From Octopus vulgaris (lineage: Eukaryota): a stretch of 64,000 nt of DNA. Both the position numbers and the translations under genes were made by a program. Positions 1 through 14,098 of this stretch are shown piece by piece (the stretch's first letter is position 1; each line of letters starts with the position of its first letter). The notes under the pieces were generated by a model, which saw only the letters and a program-made list of their open reading frames with translations, searched no databases and was not told the DNA's origin. The stretch spans positions 9,548,001 to 9,612,000 of the forward strand of contig OX597820.1 in assembly GCA_951406725.2 (NCBI GenBank), read 5' to 3'.

Positions 1-512
1 TTACTGGCACTTGTGCCCCGTGCTAGCCTAACTGGCTTCTGTGCTGGTGGCATGTAAGAGGCACCATTCGAGCAGGATCGTTACCAGCATTGCCTTACTG
101 GTACTTGTGCCCCATGCTAGTAGGGTGCTAAGAGCACCATACGAACGTGATCGTTGCCAGAGCAGCTAACTGTCAAATGGTGCCGGTGGCATGTAGGAGG
201 CACCATTTGAGCGTGATCGTTACCAGCATCGCCTTACTGGCACCTGTGCCGTTGGCATGTGTAAAAGATTCGAGCGAGGTTATTGCCGGTACCGCCTGAC
301 TGGCCCCCATGCCAGTGGCACGTAAAAAGCACCCACTACACTCTCGGAGTGGTTGGTTGACGTTAGGAAGGGCATCCAGCTGTAGAAACACTGCCAGATC
401 AAGACTGGAGCCTGGTGCAACCATCTGGTTCACCAGCCCTCAGTCAAAACCGTCCAACCCATGCTAACATGGAAAGCGGATGTTAAACGATGATGATGAT
501 GATGATGATGAT
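1..512 (+). mobile_element. 3' UTR of RTE-type LINE with (GAT)n tail
   Basis: ~60-bp sub-repeats followed by the conserved end ...ccaacccatgctaacatggaaagcggatgttaaacGATGATGAT; same end as the RT-bearing copy at 48843-51130. Confidence 0.8.
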
Positions 513-678
513 GTATTATGTTGTATATTTCATGTGGTGGGCTTCCCCAAACAGTACAAACTTGTTATACTGCTGTAGTCTACATGTCTGTGTGTATAAT
601 ACAATTACACACACACACACACAATGTGTGGTATTATTCGAGGTGTAAATTACATTCGTTGAAGCTATTTCATTTCAT

Positions 679-907
679 TTAACCCTTTTGTTGCCAACCC
701 GGCTGAAACCGGCTCTGACTCTGTAGTACAAATGTTTTGTTTTCATAGGTTTTAAATTAAAATCATCCACCAAACCTTAGTCACAATTTATGTTCCTGAC
801 ACTAGCTTAATGGTAACCAGGTTATTTTACTAAATCTTTTGTTGTATTTAAAATAATTAAAAGAAACACAGAGCATCTTAAAATAAATACAGTAACGAAA
901 GGGTTAA
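679..907. mobile_element. TTAA-flanked (piggyBac-like) MITE
   Basis: ttaaCCCTTT...AAAGGGttaa termini; other copies at about 7035-7250, 15233-15944 (tandem) and 26500-26724. Confidence 0.75.
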
Positions 908-2102
908 ACCACTGAACCCAACAAATGAATCTCTACGTGGTCCATAAAGCTGCTAGAAATAGCAACAAGTCTTCGCAAGCAGAGTTTAGTGTTCACCCTG
1001 CCAAAAGAATGGGCCCTTTTAGCTACGGTACTGTATGTGTGTGTGTGTGTGTGTGTGTGTACATGAGAGGGAGAGAGAAATATAGACAGGCAGAAAGATT
1101 GTTTTATTCTATTTTATTTGTTTCAGTCATTTGACTGTGGCCATACTGGAGCACAGCCTTTAGTTGAGCAAATCGACCTCAGGACTTATTCTTTGTAAGC
1201 CTAGTACTTATTCTATCGGTCTCTCTTGCCGAACTGCTAGGTGACGTGGAGGCAAACACACCAGCATTGGTTGTCAAGCGACGTTGGGGGACAAACACAG
1301 ACACACAAACATATACATATATATATATACATACATACTTATTGTCTTCAGAAAAAATATCTCAAATTTTATTGGAATAATGTATTAGAAACATGATGTT
1401 TGAGGGGTGGGGCGGGGGTGGGGGTGGGAAGAAAATCATGAAATGTTAGAACTCTTATGATATCTATTCTGTCTGAGACGAACTGTGCCACCGAAGTGAA
1501 CTTGTAACCTAATAATTCAGCTGTTACAGCTTGAACTGGATACTTGACATACGAATGTTAAAAAATGCCTTCACATTCACAAAACTGTCAAAGTCCATGA
1601 GTCAAATCCGAAATAGGTCAAATTATTTTACAACCAGCTCAGCTTGAAGAAAGGAAAGGGAAATTCCAGTTCATAATCTGCCGCTTTGTTTGACGTTTGA
1701 CTACGTCAAACTTCAAATACCATTTTCTGAGTCACAATCTTCAGCATGGATCCTGGAGATGAGTCACAACCTTCAGCTGTGATTCTGACTCTTGTGGCGG
1801 TTGGGGGGAGCTGCCTTGATTAAAAGAAGAAGAAAAAAAAATCAAAATCAAACAAGGTGTAAGAAATATATCAAGAGAGAGAGAACATGTAGTATTTTAG
1901 GTCGATTCTCTGGATTCTAAACATGTCTGGAAAATTTGTCAACAGCATTTTTATCCCTTTTTGCAATAGGAAACCTTGCTGTTTTAAGAAATTTCACCAC
2001 AAGACAGATTCACCATATGGACAATGATAAAGTATATTTTACCAGCATTTAAAAAAAATCTATATTAATAAATGTGAAATTCTGTCTGTTTGTCTGGGAC
2101 CT

Positions 2103-2245
2103 CTATATTTCAGTGGAAACTGGGTTCTCAAGGTGATCGTTAAGCACTGCAGTAATTTTGGAAGCTGTACTTTTGTGATCCTTTCTAACAATTTGCATAA
2201 AACACCGACGGTCCCTATCTGAAAGTTTTGGTTTTCTTCCATGAA
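2103..2245 (-). mobile_element. Tc1-like transposase fragment (HTH region)
   Basis: GRKPKLSDRDRR..IVRKDHKSTASKITAVLN..NPVST resembles a Tc1 N-terminal DNA-binding segment. Confidence 0.65.
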
Positions 2246-2482
2246 GGGGAGAAAAAGGTAACAGCAAACAAAATGAGGACACATAATGTAAGTAATACAT
2301 ATAATATATGTATATATATTATATATTATATACTGGACCTCATCAAACCAGTATGATCTCAAGCTCAAATCAAGGCCTCGACATCAGACCGTGGACGGTG
2401 GAGAGAACATGCTGAGGCCTTTGTCCTGCAGTGGGACTGAACATGGGCAATCCAAACCAACCCAATATCCACAAAAATAACT

Positions 2483-3591
2483 TAATCCTTTTGTTACCAA
2501 ACCGCCCGAAAACAATTTTGGTTAATGTGACCAAACCACCCAAATTTACCTATTCATATTTAAATGAGAATATCAGAGCAAAACTCTTTAGTACATTCGT
2601 GAAAACACGTGATTATACTTCGTAAACAGTTTATCCACAGTTTTGTACAACGATTGACGTGTAATTTTAATTCCCTGAATTTTGGGAGATTTTTTTCCAC
2701 ATTTTTTCGGCATCGATTTTTCTTCAACTTTGAAAATGGATTGGAGTTTCATGTTATCAAGCATTGATTCCAAATTGGAAAATTTGTGAAGCAAATACTG
2801 GGTACTGTTGTGGATTTAGTTTTTATACAGGGAAACTAATGTTAGTCAGCATGGCTTAGGGTATGATGTGGTCTGGAAGTTATTGTTTGAAGCGATCAAT
2901 GCGGAAACAAACTTACGCAAAATGTAAACAAAAACAAAATGGGGGTTCAAATTTCGGAAAATTTGTGAATCAAATACTAGGTACTGCGTGGATTTAGTTT
3001 TTATACAGGGAAAATAATGTTAGTCAGCATGGCCTTAGGGAACGATGTGGTCTGGAATTTATCACTTCCATACCATAACCAGGGCCGTATATTATTTTTT
3101 GACCGATTTCTTTAGTTCAGTCAAACTTGCGATGGATTCCAGTTTTTCACTTTATTCCACCTTTATGGTACACCTGTTGTGCATTAAATTCAACTGATGA
3201 TATAGTGATGTGCACAATTCTTCTTTATCAAAATTTTGTTGCATAGGCGCAGGATTTGAATATTAGCTGACGATTCATTTTCTATGGTGATGTTTAAATA
3301 AAATTTTAATATTTTTACCTTTTGCTCAATTTAAAATTTTAATATTTTTACCTTTTGCTCAATTTACCTGGATTTACCTGTAATTAAAGTCACTTTGAGA
3401 CAAAAGTTATGCAATATAATTGATTAAGAACCCTTTTTTTAATTATGTTCCAAATATCACATTAATATGTTGATAAGTAAAAAAGTTACAGTTATTTAAT
3501 GAAACAAGCCTAGATTCATGATTACTTTAGAATTTAATTGAAACTCATGAGGGGTGTATTTTGGTCAGAAATATAGTAACGAAAGGGTTAA
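2483..3591. mobile_element. Longer TTAA-type non-autonomous element with an internal ~105-bp direct repeat (2777-2883 / 2956-3063)
   Basis: Termini ttaatccttttgttacc ... gtaacgaaagggttaa match the MITE termini at 679-907. Confidence 0.55.
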
Positions 3592-3759
3592 GCATGGAAG
3601 GTAAAAAGGAATATCACAAAAGCTAAACTTAATTAATGTTTGCCTTGCTGATTTTTGGCTTTCTTTAATTTGAGAAATAATGAGCAGTTGCCATTTCAGC
3701 TTCTAACATTCCATTTAGATAATAGATGTCGCTGCTTGTTTGTTTGTTTGCTTGTTGAG

Positions 3760-4118
3760 CGAAGTGGTCTTCGTCCCAGAGTGGGAGAAGTCCGAAATGT
3801 GGTCCTTTGCTATTCGTAAGACCCGCAGAAGAGAAAGCAGGTCAACCCCACCGACACCGAGAGCATCGACCGATGGATGAGTGTGCATCCAGGATCAGTG
3901 GTTGCGTAGGAAGTCGGGGACAAGAAACAGGAAGAAAGAGTGAGAGAAAGTTGGAGCGAAAGAGTACAACAGGGGTCGCCACCACCCCCTGCTGGAGCCT
4001 CATGGAGCTTTGGGTGTTTTCGCTCAATAAACACACACAACGCCCGGTCTGGAAATCGAAACCGCGATCCTCCGACCACGAGTCCGCTGCCCTAACCACT
4101 GGGACATTGCGCCTCCAT
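3760..4118 (-). mobile_element. tRNA-derived SINE, family C
   Basis: Head ggaggcgcaatg(g/t)cccagtggttagggcagcggactc..ggtttcgatt; near-identical copy at 32480-32840 (+) and the same head at 54637. Confidence 0.8.
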
Positions 4119-4826
4119 TAGATGTCGCTGCTGGAGACGATGGTGAGCAGTGATCTCTTAACTCTCACCACCACCACCACTACTATGGTGATGTTGGTAG
4201 TAGTACTCCAATAAAAGTGGCTTTAAGTAACAGAAATATAACCACCACCACTGCTAGTAGTAAGAACAGAGCGATTACTAGCACTACTATAACGGTTATA
4301 ATTATTACTAATTAGTTAATGTATTTGGTTGCACCGTTTAACATCAGGAAGATAGCAATTAATTTTTATTGTTTTGCTTTTTATCCACCATTTCTGTTTT
4401 ATTTTTATTTTTATTTCATCTCGTGGTAGTGGTCTCTATTTCTTGTCATTTTCTGAGTGGGTCGATGATGTTTAAATCTATTTCTTTATTTCCACCACAA
4501 TGCAAAAAAAAAAATCTAAAAATAAATTTGAACCCCCCCCACTTTCCTAATATAAGAATTACCATTTCACACTAACCAGCTATCTTTACCACACCCTTCT
4601 TTTCAAAATTGAGGTGCCTTAACTATAATTAATTCAGTAATTAAAAAACAATTAGTGTCCAATAGTTAGTTCACTAGTTAATCCCTCAACATCTAATCTG
4701 GCCAAATCCAGCCCCAAAATTCTGTTTTATTTTCAAACCAACTGGATCTGACCCCTCAGACCTACCCTACAATATCGTTCTAGAAATAAACAATCCCACC
4801 ATCAAAATCTCAAAGCTATGAGATTA

Positions 4827-5470
4827 TCCAGGATTAAATCACTCACCAAGTCCTTTGTGAGCCGCTCTCCGGCTATCTATCTGTGGCTTTACATAGCTAT
4901 GGTGCGACCTCACCTGGAATTTGCATCACCAGTCTGGAACCCTTATCTTGCTCAGAATATTAATCGTCTGGAAGAATACCCTGCATCAGGCATTTGCCAT
5001 ATTCTGAACGCCTTACTTCCCAGGGCATGGATACATTGAAACTCCGACGTCTGGCAGCTGACTTGGCAGACACCCATAAAATTATTAACCATCTTACAAA
5101 CAATAACTCTGAGCACCTTTTCAAACTCCACCTGTCTAACACCCGTGGACATGTTTACAAAGTCAGAAAACAGCACAGCTCCTTCCATGACTTTCGGAAA
5201 CATTTTTTCACGCTGAGAGTTGCTGAAGCATGGAACAAACTGCCGGCATCAGTTGTTAGTTGTCGGAGCACTGCATCCTTCAAAACTTCCATGCTTCCTG
5301 AGATTCGCCAACACTACACCTGATTTTCTCCCCTCCATACACACGCAAGCATGTATCTGACTCATACACTGTTCACTTTCCAGACATTTCTACATTACTG
5401 CATGTACTTTATACGCACTTTTGACAAGTTGTGGTGCACCTGAGCACTGTATACAATAATTTCATTATTA
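4827..5470 (+). mobile_element. CR1-like LINE 3' fragment (RT C-terminus and 3' UTR)
   Basis: VRPHLEFASPVWNPYL...TRGH..K...[17 protein letters not shown]; (ATT)n-like tail; same family at 14075-14460 and 25410-25870. Confidence 0.85.
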
Positions 5471-5799
5471 TATAAATCAAATAAATAAGCATTGCATCTG
5501 ATAATCTGAAAGCTCAAGGGATACAGAAGTGCTCCTTATCAAGTATTAGGGTTCCATCTAAACAAGCAGGGCTTGTCTTTAGCTCTATCACCATCACTTT
5601 CTTCATGTTGCCCTTTCAAGATTTTTCTTCATCTCTTCTCTTCATCGTTCCAATTATTCTTTAAATTTCTTTAACACCATTTCTCAGATATCTCAGATCC
5701 AGCTTTTAACCTCCAAACCATGTTCCACATCCGGTCTTTTGTGATTCTAATAAAATTCTTTGAATAAATATTTATAAAAGCTGTTAAAACAAAAACTAC

Positions 5800-6440
5800 T
5801 TCATCATCATCATCATTGCCGTTTAACATCCGCTTTCCATGCTGGTTGGATGGTTTAACTGAGAACTGGTGAGCCAGAGGGCTACACAAGGCTCTAATCT
5901 GATCTGGCAAAGGTTCTACAGCTGGATGCCCTTCCTTACGCCAACCACTCTGAGGGTGTAGTAGATGCTTTTACGTGCCACCAGCACAAGGGCCAGTCAG
6001 GTGGTACTGGCAACGGCCACGCTCAAATGGTGCTTTTTATGTGCCACCTGCACAGGAACCAGACTGGCAACGACCACACTCGAATGTTTTTCACATGCCA
6101 CCGGCACAGGTGCCAATAAGGTGACACTGGCAATGATCACGCTTGAATTGTGCTTTTTATGCACCACTGGCATGGGAGCCAGTCAGCAACCATGGCAACA
6201 ATCACGCTCGGATGGTACTTTTAACATTCCACTGGCATGAGTGCCAATCAGGTGGTACTGCCATCGGCCACGTCAGTGATTTTGATTTCACTTTGCCTCA
6301 ACAGGTCTTTGCAAGCAAAGTTTATTGTCCAATGAATGAATGAAGGGTACTCATAAGTGGGCTGGTTATACAGCACTGGCATAGGCCACGGGTTATGGTC
6401 TTACTTGGCTTGCTGGGTCTTCTCAAGCACAGCATATCTC
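5800..6440 (-). mobile_element. RTE LINE 3' end with UTR sub-repeats
   Basis: (CAT)n tail and ggtgcttttacgtgccacc-type units. Confidence 0.75.
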
Positions 6441-9138
6441 TATGAAATCAAAAGTTATGAAATTGTGTTTTTATTTTGCTTTTTGTCTCTTTCTTTTGGA
6501 AGTAGTTTTTTAATTATTTTTTTATAAGCAGTTGCAGATGTAACTGTGCAGTTAAGAAGCTTGATTCCCAACCATGGGGTCTTGTGCTCAATCCCACTTC
6601 CCCAGGTTCCATAGTCTGTTTTGGCATGGTTTCTATAGCTGGATGCCCTTCCTAATGCCAACCACTTTACAGAGCGTACTGGGTGCTTTTTATGTGGCAC
6701 CAGCACCTACAGGGTCACCAAGTAACTTGCAAATGCCAAACACCCCTTCAGCAGCTGGGAGGAGGGAGTGAGAGGGAGATGTGGCTTTGTGTCAGTTGAT
6801 GAGAGATTAGGAGGATAGGGGTAGGTGTCATGCTGTAGAATAGATACATGAATACTCCAGTTGAAAAGGAAAGGAGGATGTTTTTGCCAATTTGCGTGAC
6901 AGCGGCATCTGCCATAATTGTGATTTTGCTTGGCTTGATGTTGAGTGTTTTGCGACTAGAAACGCTCTTAGCTGAAGAAAAATCTGTGGCAACGACATTT
7001 GTCTAACACATGCAATCATGGAAAAAATGGATGTTAACTCTTGTTACCAAACCGGCTCTGGCTCTGTAGTACAAATGTCATGTTTTCATAACTTTTCAAT
7101 TAAAATCTTCCACCAAACTTTAGTCACAATTTATGTTCCTAACACTAGCTGAATGATAACTAAGTTATTTTACTAAATTCCTTGTTATATTTAAAATAAA
7201 TTGAAAGAAACACAGAGCATCTCAACAGAAATATGGTAACAAAAGGGTTAAAATAATGATGATGATGACAATGAAGATATTCATGTAGGCATGACTGTGA
7301 TTAAAAAGTTGATTTTGCAATATGATTCCAGACAAAACAAAAAAATTTTAAAGAAATATTTTCTGATTTATTTATTTATTAATCAAAAATATTTTTAGGT
7401 TAATTTTTTTCACCCAACTCTCACAGAAAAAAAAAAAATCACATTTAAAGAGGAAAATGTCAATTAAAAATGTTAGTATTAATCAGAAACATTAATAGGA
7501 AGTGATTTCAATTAACTTAAATTTCAAAATTAGATTGCTCACTTTATATTGATTACAATTAAGAAATATTGATTTTTGCCTAAATTAGCTTTAATTAGAT
7601 TTGCCATAGATCTGTATTTTACTAGACGCAGCCTCCAATTTAAGTCTTAGAATCATGTGTTGGAACTAAGCTTTAATATTTTCCAAAATATAGTAATTTC
7701 AGCTTCTGTAATTTCCTCCATGGCAGAGCCACATGGAGCCCTAACGACAAGAGAAAGGCTGTGCTACATGGAGACTAGAGAAAAGCTGTGCTAGGGGACA
7801 TGGAAAGGTAGAGATCTTGTTTAGTCTTCATCAGTTATGTTATTTCTTATTCTTCAGACACATGCATTATTATATTTATTTTATCTAATGATATTATCTG
7901 GGGTTTTTTCTAATGGCCTATTTTTTTTGTTTTTTACACTATGGCATTTATTTCTAGGCCCTTTAGCAATTTTTGACCTTAATCTAACCACTGTTGCCGT
8001 GTTAGTGATGTGTTTGACATCTATGATGGAGATTGGTGTTAGTCCGATGTTTAACCTTTTACCATTCAATCCGGCCATATCCGGCCTCAATATTTTACCT
8101 CTCTTATGTTCAAAACCAGTCAGATCCAGTCTCTCACACCTATCCTACAATATCATTCCCAGCGTAAAGAGTCACATCACAGAAATCTCACAGCTGTGAA
8201 AGGATGCACGATTAATTCAATACCAAGAGAAACAAATAAGTATCAGATTTGGTAGAATAATCTGAATGCTAAAGGATTCAACTGCAGTGATGGAGTTTGA
8301 TCTTTGTCCTTGATGTGGGCTTATTGCTTACTACCTCAGCTGCTGCCTTTCTGGTTTGTTGTACTTTCCTACAGCATCAAAACTATTGTAGGCCCCCAGG
8401 GGCAAAATGCACAAGCACAGGAGTAAAATCACTGTCGAGTTAAGAGCAAACTTTTAAGCAGAGACAAATGGAAAGTAATGTATTCATCATCATCGTTTAA
8501 CGTCTGTTTTCCGTGCTGGCATGGGTTGGATGGTTCGACTGGGGTCTGAGAAGCCATGAAGGCTGCACCAGGCTCCAGTCTGATCTGGTGGTGTTTCTAC
8601 AGCTGAATGTCCTTCCTAACGCCAACCACTTCAAGAAAGTAATAGCTGCTTTTTATGTGCCACCGGCACAGGTGCCAGAGGTTCAAGACTTTGATAATGT
8701 AATTGTTTATTTTTAAAATGGCACTATAGAGTAGGTGTGAGAAGCTGGATCCAGCCATTTTGAACATTAAACAGAAAATTCGGCCAGGTTTGGCTGTTTA
8801 AATGCTAAAGGGCAAGAGAAAAATGGTCGCAATAATTGCAAAATAATGTTTGAAAGACTCAGGAGTTATGAAGGCATTACAAGAGCATGAAATTCTTTCT
8901 ATCATAAAACTGTTTTAGTGTCATGGTTGCTTCAAAGTTACAGAGCATCACAGTGAGTGATGGGCATGGATAGAAGTGGAGGGAAGGATAAAAAGACTTT
9001 AGGGAATGTTTAGCTTTTAGAAATATTCAGATATGGCAACTCTTTCACAAACAAACAACATTCAGAGCATTTGAGAGATTAGAAGAATTAACCCAAATAT
9101 ATGTGTACTTGACAAAGATTCACAGATTCATTATTTCA

Positions 9139-9183
9139 TTAGAGTTTTCCAAGTTCATCAAGGTAGGCAGCAAATAGTTTGGT
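9139..9183 (-). CDS. CNDP2: CNDP2 last coding exon ([14 protein letters not shown])
   Basis: tacag acceptor; matches the C-terminal TKMLAAYLYEV of human CNDP2; TAA stop. Confidence 0.92.
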   Translation of the reverse strand, partial: TKLFAAYLDELGKL

Positions 9184-9653
9184 CTGTAAATAGAGAGAGA
9201 AAAAAAAAGAAAATATATTTTAACTGTCATGATTTATACATCCTATAGAATGGGTGCAAACATGGCTATGAGACTGAGAAGCTTGCTTCTCACTCATGTG
9301 GCCTTGGGTTCTGTTTCACTGTGGCAACTTAGGCAGGTGCCTTATGATAGATCCTTAGATCAATCAAAGCTTTGTGAGTGAATTTGGTACACAAAAACTC
9401 TCTCTCTCTCTCAATATATATTTTTGAAAATATATATATATATAATATTATATATATCAAATGGATGTGTTATAATATTCCACACATACAATAACAGCCA
9501 CATCAACAATCCAACATACCTCCATCATCTCAGCTGCCCCATATCAATAAATATATCAATAAATGAACATATATAAAAATAAATATGTAAATATAAATAA
9601 GTGAATTATAAGGAAAGGAAAAATTGCAGGTGTAGCCAAACTTTAATTCATAA

Positions 9654-9695
<42 letters not shown>

Positions 9696-12118
9696 CAGGT
9701 AAAATCCCCAAGATATAAATACATATAAATATTTATAAATACATATAAATATTTATATAGATATAAATACATATAAATATTTATATAGGAGCGGCTGTGT
9801 GGTAAGTAGCTTGCTTACCAACCACATGGTTGCGGGTTCAGTCTCACTGCGTGGCACCTTGGGCAAGTGTCTTCTATTATAGCCTCGGGCAGACCAAAGC
9901 CTTGTGAGTGGATTTGGTAGACAGAAACTGAAAGAAGCCCGTCGTATATATATATATGTATGTGTGTGGGTGTATGCGTATGTTAGTGTGTCTGTTTGTC
10001 CCCAGAACATCGCTTGATAACCGATGCTTGTGTGTTTACGTCCCCGTAACTTAGTGGTTCGGCAAAAGAGACCGATAGAATAAGTACTAGGCTTACAAAG
10101 AATACGTCCTGGGGTCGATTTGCTCGACTAAAAGCAGTGCTCCAGCATGGCCACAGTCAAATGACTGAGACAAGTAAAAGAGAGTGCTTTACACATGGTT
10201 TCTATGGCTGGATGCCCTTCCTAACACCAGCCACTTCACCGAGTGTACTGGGTGCTTTTTATGTGGCACCAGCACCAGTGCTTTTTGGGGTCTTAGGGAA
10301 TGAAATATGAATGGGGGAAGAAAGCTGACAGAGCATTGCCCCTCAAGGTCATGCATTACCACGGTGGTTTTAGGATATTAATTCTTTTGTGGTGGGTAGG
10401 CTTTCTCGAGTATCACAGGCTTCTTTCAGTTTCTGTCTAACAAATTCACTCACAAGGCTTTGATTCTACTGGGGCTATAGCTAAAAAAACAAAAAAAAAA
10501 AGAAACACTTGTTCAAAGTGCTATGGAGCAGGACTGAACCAGAAACCATAGGGTTGGGAAGCTAAATCCTTAATGCCTTCCTATACTAATATATCACCAA
10601 ATATCCTTCGCCATACTGTGGTTCACCTATTGTGGTTTATCCTTTAAGCTTACGTCAATTCCTTTGTGATGATGTTTTGCATTTATAATATAATATATTC
10701 TTTTATTCTTCTACTTGTTTCAGTCATTTGACTGCGGCCATGCTGGAGCACCGCCTTTAGTCGAACAAATCGACCCCAGGACTTATTCTTTGTAAGTGCA
10801 GTACTTATCTATTGGTCTCTTTTGCCGAACTGCTAAGTTACGAGGACGTAAACACACCAACATCGGTTGTCAAGTAATGGTGGAGGGACAAACACATCAT
10901 ACACACATACGACAGGCTTCTTTCAGTTTCTGTCTATCAAATCCACTCACAAGGCTTTGGTCAGCCTGAAGCTATAGTACAAGACGCTTGCCCAAGGTGC
11001 CATGCAGTGGGACTGAACCTGGAACTATGTGGTTAGTAAGCAAGGTACTTACCACATAGCCATGCCTGTACTTCTTATTTCTTTATTGCTCACAAGAGGC
11101 TAAACACAGAGGGGACAAACAAGAACAGACAAAGGGATTAAGTCGGTTACATCGACCCTAGTGCATAACTGGTACTTATTTAATAGCCCCCGAAAGGATG
11201 AAAGGCTAAGTCGGCTTTGGCGGAATTTGAACTCAGAATGTAGCAGCAGACGAAATACTGCTTAGCATTTTGCTCGGCGTGCTAACGTTTCTGCCAGCTC
11301 GCCGCCTTGGACGGAGCCCCGGGACGATGGGATCCCGGGGCCGCAATGTGCATTCGAGGTGTCGATGTTCACTGTGTCCTGCAATTCACATCAGTTCATG
11401 CGGATAGCTGCGCTCTTCATCAACGGACGAACCGAGTGATCCCCCGTCCTTGAAAATATGGAATGCTTCACAAATTTGTGTGTCATCCTTGCGCAGGGGC
11501 CATGCTAATCTTCTCTGTGTCATTCCAATATTAGAATATGTACTGCCGTAGCTAGTACATGCCTACACTTCTTGCCCCACAGCCACACCTGTGCATATAT
11601 ATATACAAATTATAAAAATAATTAAAAAAATATACAGTACTGTTTCTACTTTGTGGATTTTCACCTGTCATGGGGGGTTTTGGAATGTCATACCTGTGAC
11701 AGACGAGGGATTACTGTATATAGAAAATGCAGATTCTAATTAAACAACTCAGATAATTAGTAAGACACTAACCCCTTTGATGAAATTGCTGATGTTGATT
11801 TTCTCATTCTGGGAGTGGGCCCCATCATCACAAGCACCCATGGGAAGCAGCAAAACATTTTTGTTGGTTGCTTGTTCCAGAGTGAGGGTCACTGGAATGC
11901 TACCGCCTTCACGGGTCATGTCAGGTTCTACGTCATACACTGGAAAAAACAAAAGAGAAATTAAACTTTAGTCACTGGAAAAATGTAATTGGTAATGAAA
12001 CCGAAAAAACCTGGGAAAATACAAAAGCAGACTTGGAATATTTTGAGTAAATGAAACGAATATTTAAATGCTTAAAAGTCACTTTTGTGAATGTCATTAT
12101 TTTTAAATCATCATCATC

Positions 12119-12154
<36 letters not shown>

Positions 12155-14063
12155 GTAAAAAATAAATACAGACATGGACAAGAACATGAAACACCAAAGA
12201 GACGACACAAGAACCACAGGACAGGACATTCGAAGCCCTCAGTCATCAGTGAAGAACCAGATCATCTTCGCAATTTCGGCTGATTATATATATATATATA
12301 TATAAAAAGACCCCCCCCCCCCTTCGGTCATGAATGACCATGGGATTGCACCTAGAAAGTTACCCTCCTAGACACAAGTCCGGGCGAGGTTGTTTATGGA
12401 AGACCAGCAGTCGCCCATGCATACCAGCCTCCCCTCTCCACGTCATTAGTGTTATCCAAGGGAAAGACAAAGGTCGATACAACTTGGCACCAGTGACGTC
12501 GCAACTCATTTCTACAGCTGAGTAAACTGGAGCAACGTGAAATAAAGTGCTTTGCTCAAGAACACAACACGCAGCCCGGTCCGGGATTCGAGCTCACGAT
12601 CATAAGCTCGATGCTCTAACCACTGAGCCATATATATATATATATATCATCATCATCATTTAGCGTCCGCTTTCCATGCTAGCATGGGTTGGATGGTTCA
12701 ACTGGGGTCTGTGAAGGCAGAAGGCTGCATCAGGCCCAGTCAGATCTGGCAGTGTTTCTACGGCTGGATGCCCTTCCTAACGCCAACCACTCCGTGAGTG
12801 TAGTGGGTGCTTTTTACGTGCCACCCGCACAGGTGCCAGACAGAGCTGGCAAACGGCCACAAACGGATGGTGCTTTTACGTGTCACCAGCACAGGGGCCA
12901 GGTGAGGCTATATATATATATATCTGTCTCTCTCTGTACAGGGCCAGCCATCTCTACAATTAGTAAATGCTGTCAGATCTCAAAGGACTACAAAGTCCGG
13001 CTTTGGACAAGCAAAACCTTCTACAGATGTTACAAATATGTTCAGACTGCAAAGTATCTATGATTAAGATCAAGATTATGTTTATATTTACAAAGTGGTT
13101 ATTTCAAAATGAACAATTTAAAAATGTTTTTACAAAAATGTTTTTACAACCTTCTTGTCAAAGTAATTGATTTTCCGTTATCTGCTCCCAGGCTTCAACA
13201 CCCACAATAAGAGCCTTGATGTTGTTCTTGACAACACCCCTAAAATGTTTCTAAGGTTTGTGTCTCATGATTCCAGGGACAGAAATCATACACTTTCCAA
13301 CCCCCTAACCATGCAGCTGTTTCAGGACTGTCCTTTCTGCTTTTGCTCTCGTGGCTAAGTGGTTAGGGCATTCGGCTCACGATTGTAAGGTTGTGAGTTC
13401 AATTCCCAGTGACGCGTTGTGTCCTTGAGCAAAACACTTTATTTCACGTTGCTCCAGTCCACTCAGCCGGCAAAAATGAGTTGTACCTGTATTTCAAAGG
13501 GCCAGCCTTGTCACACTGAATCTTCCTGAGAACCACATTAAAGGTACACAGGTGTCTGTGGATTGCTCAGTCACTTGCACGTTTATTTCACGAGCAGGCT
13601 GTTTCGTTGATCGGATCAGCGGGGACCCTTGTCGCTGTAACCGGTTCACCATTACCATCTCTTGGATCACTGCTCTTTGTTCTTCTTTGGTGCACATTGC
13701 CAGTGGGGTGGCCATGCTTACACAGTGAAGCTAGAAAGGCTCAAACTATGATCACGTGACTACATTAGTACCAAATATAAGCATGTGTGTGCTGAAGGCA
13801 GTGTGACAATAATAAAGATATGTTATGGTGGAAGTGCGGATAATTTCTGACTTCCCCTTGTGTATCTGAAGTAAATGTATCCTTTATACTCCTATACAAA
13901 ATCTACAGAAACATCTACAAACACATAAATATAACTTAAAATGCCGAGAGTGTATTTGACGAGAGATAACCCCTCCCGCCTCTAAATCATAATCAACATA
14001 TTTCATTATCTCATCCAATCAGAATGAAGCCCAATACACTGGCAATGTACAAACTGCATGCAT

Positions 14064-14098
<35 letters not shown>

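Noticed and set aside
7300-9138. CNDP2 polyadenylation site
   Set aside because: Several AATAAA-like hexamers occur on the minus strand in AT-rich DNA; none can be singled out without transcript data.
11309-11558. Functional U6 gene or rDNA unit
   Set aside because: CpG-decay mutations, no upstream snRNA promoter context, no ITS/18S/28S, truncated 5.8S ends and a TSD all indicate a retrocopy.
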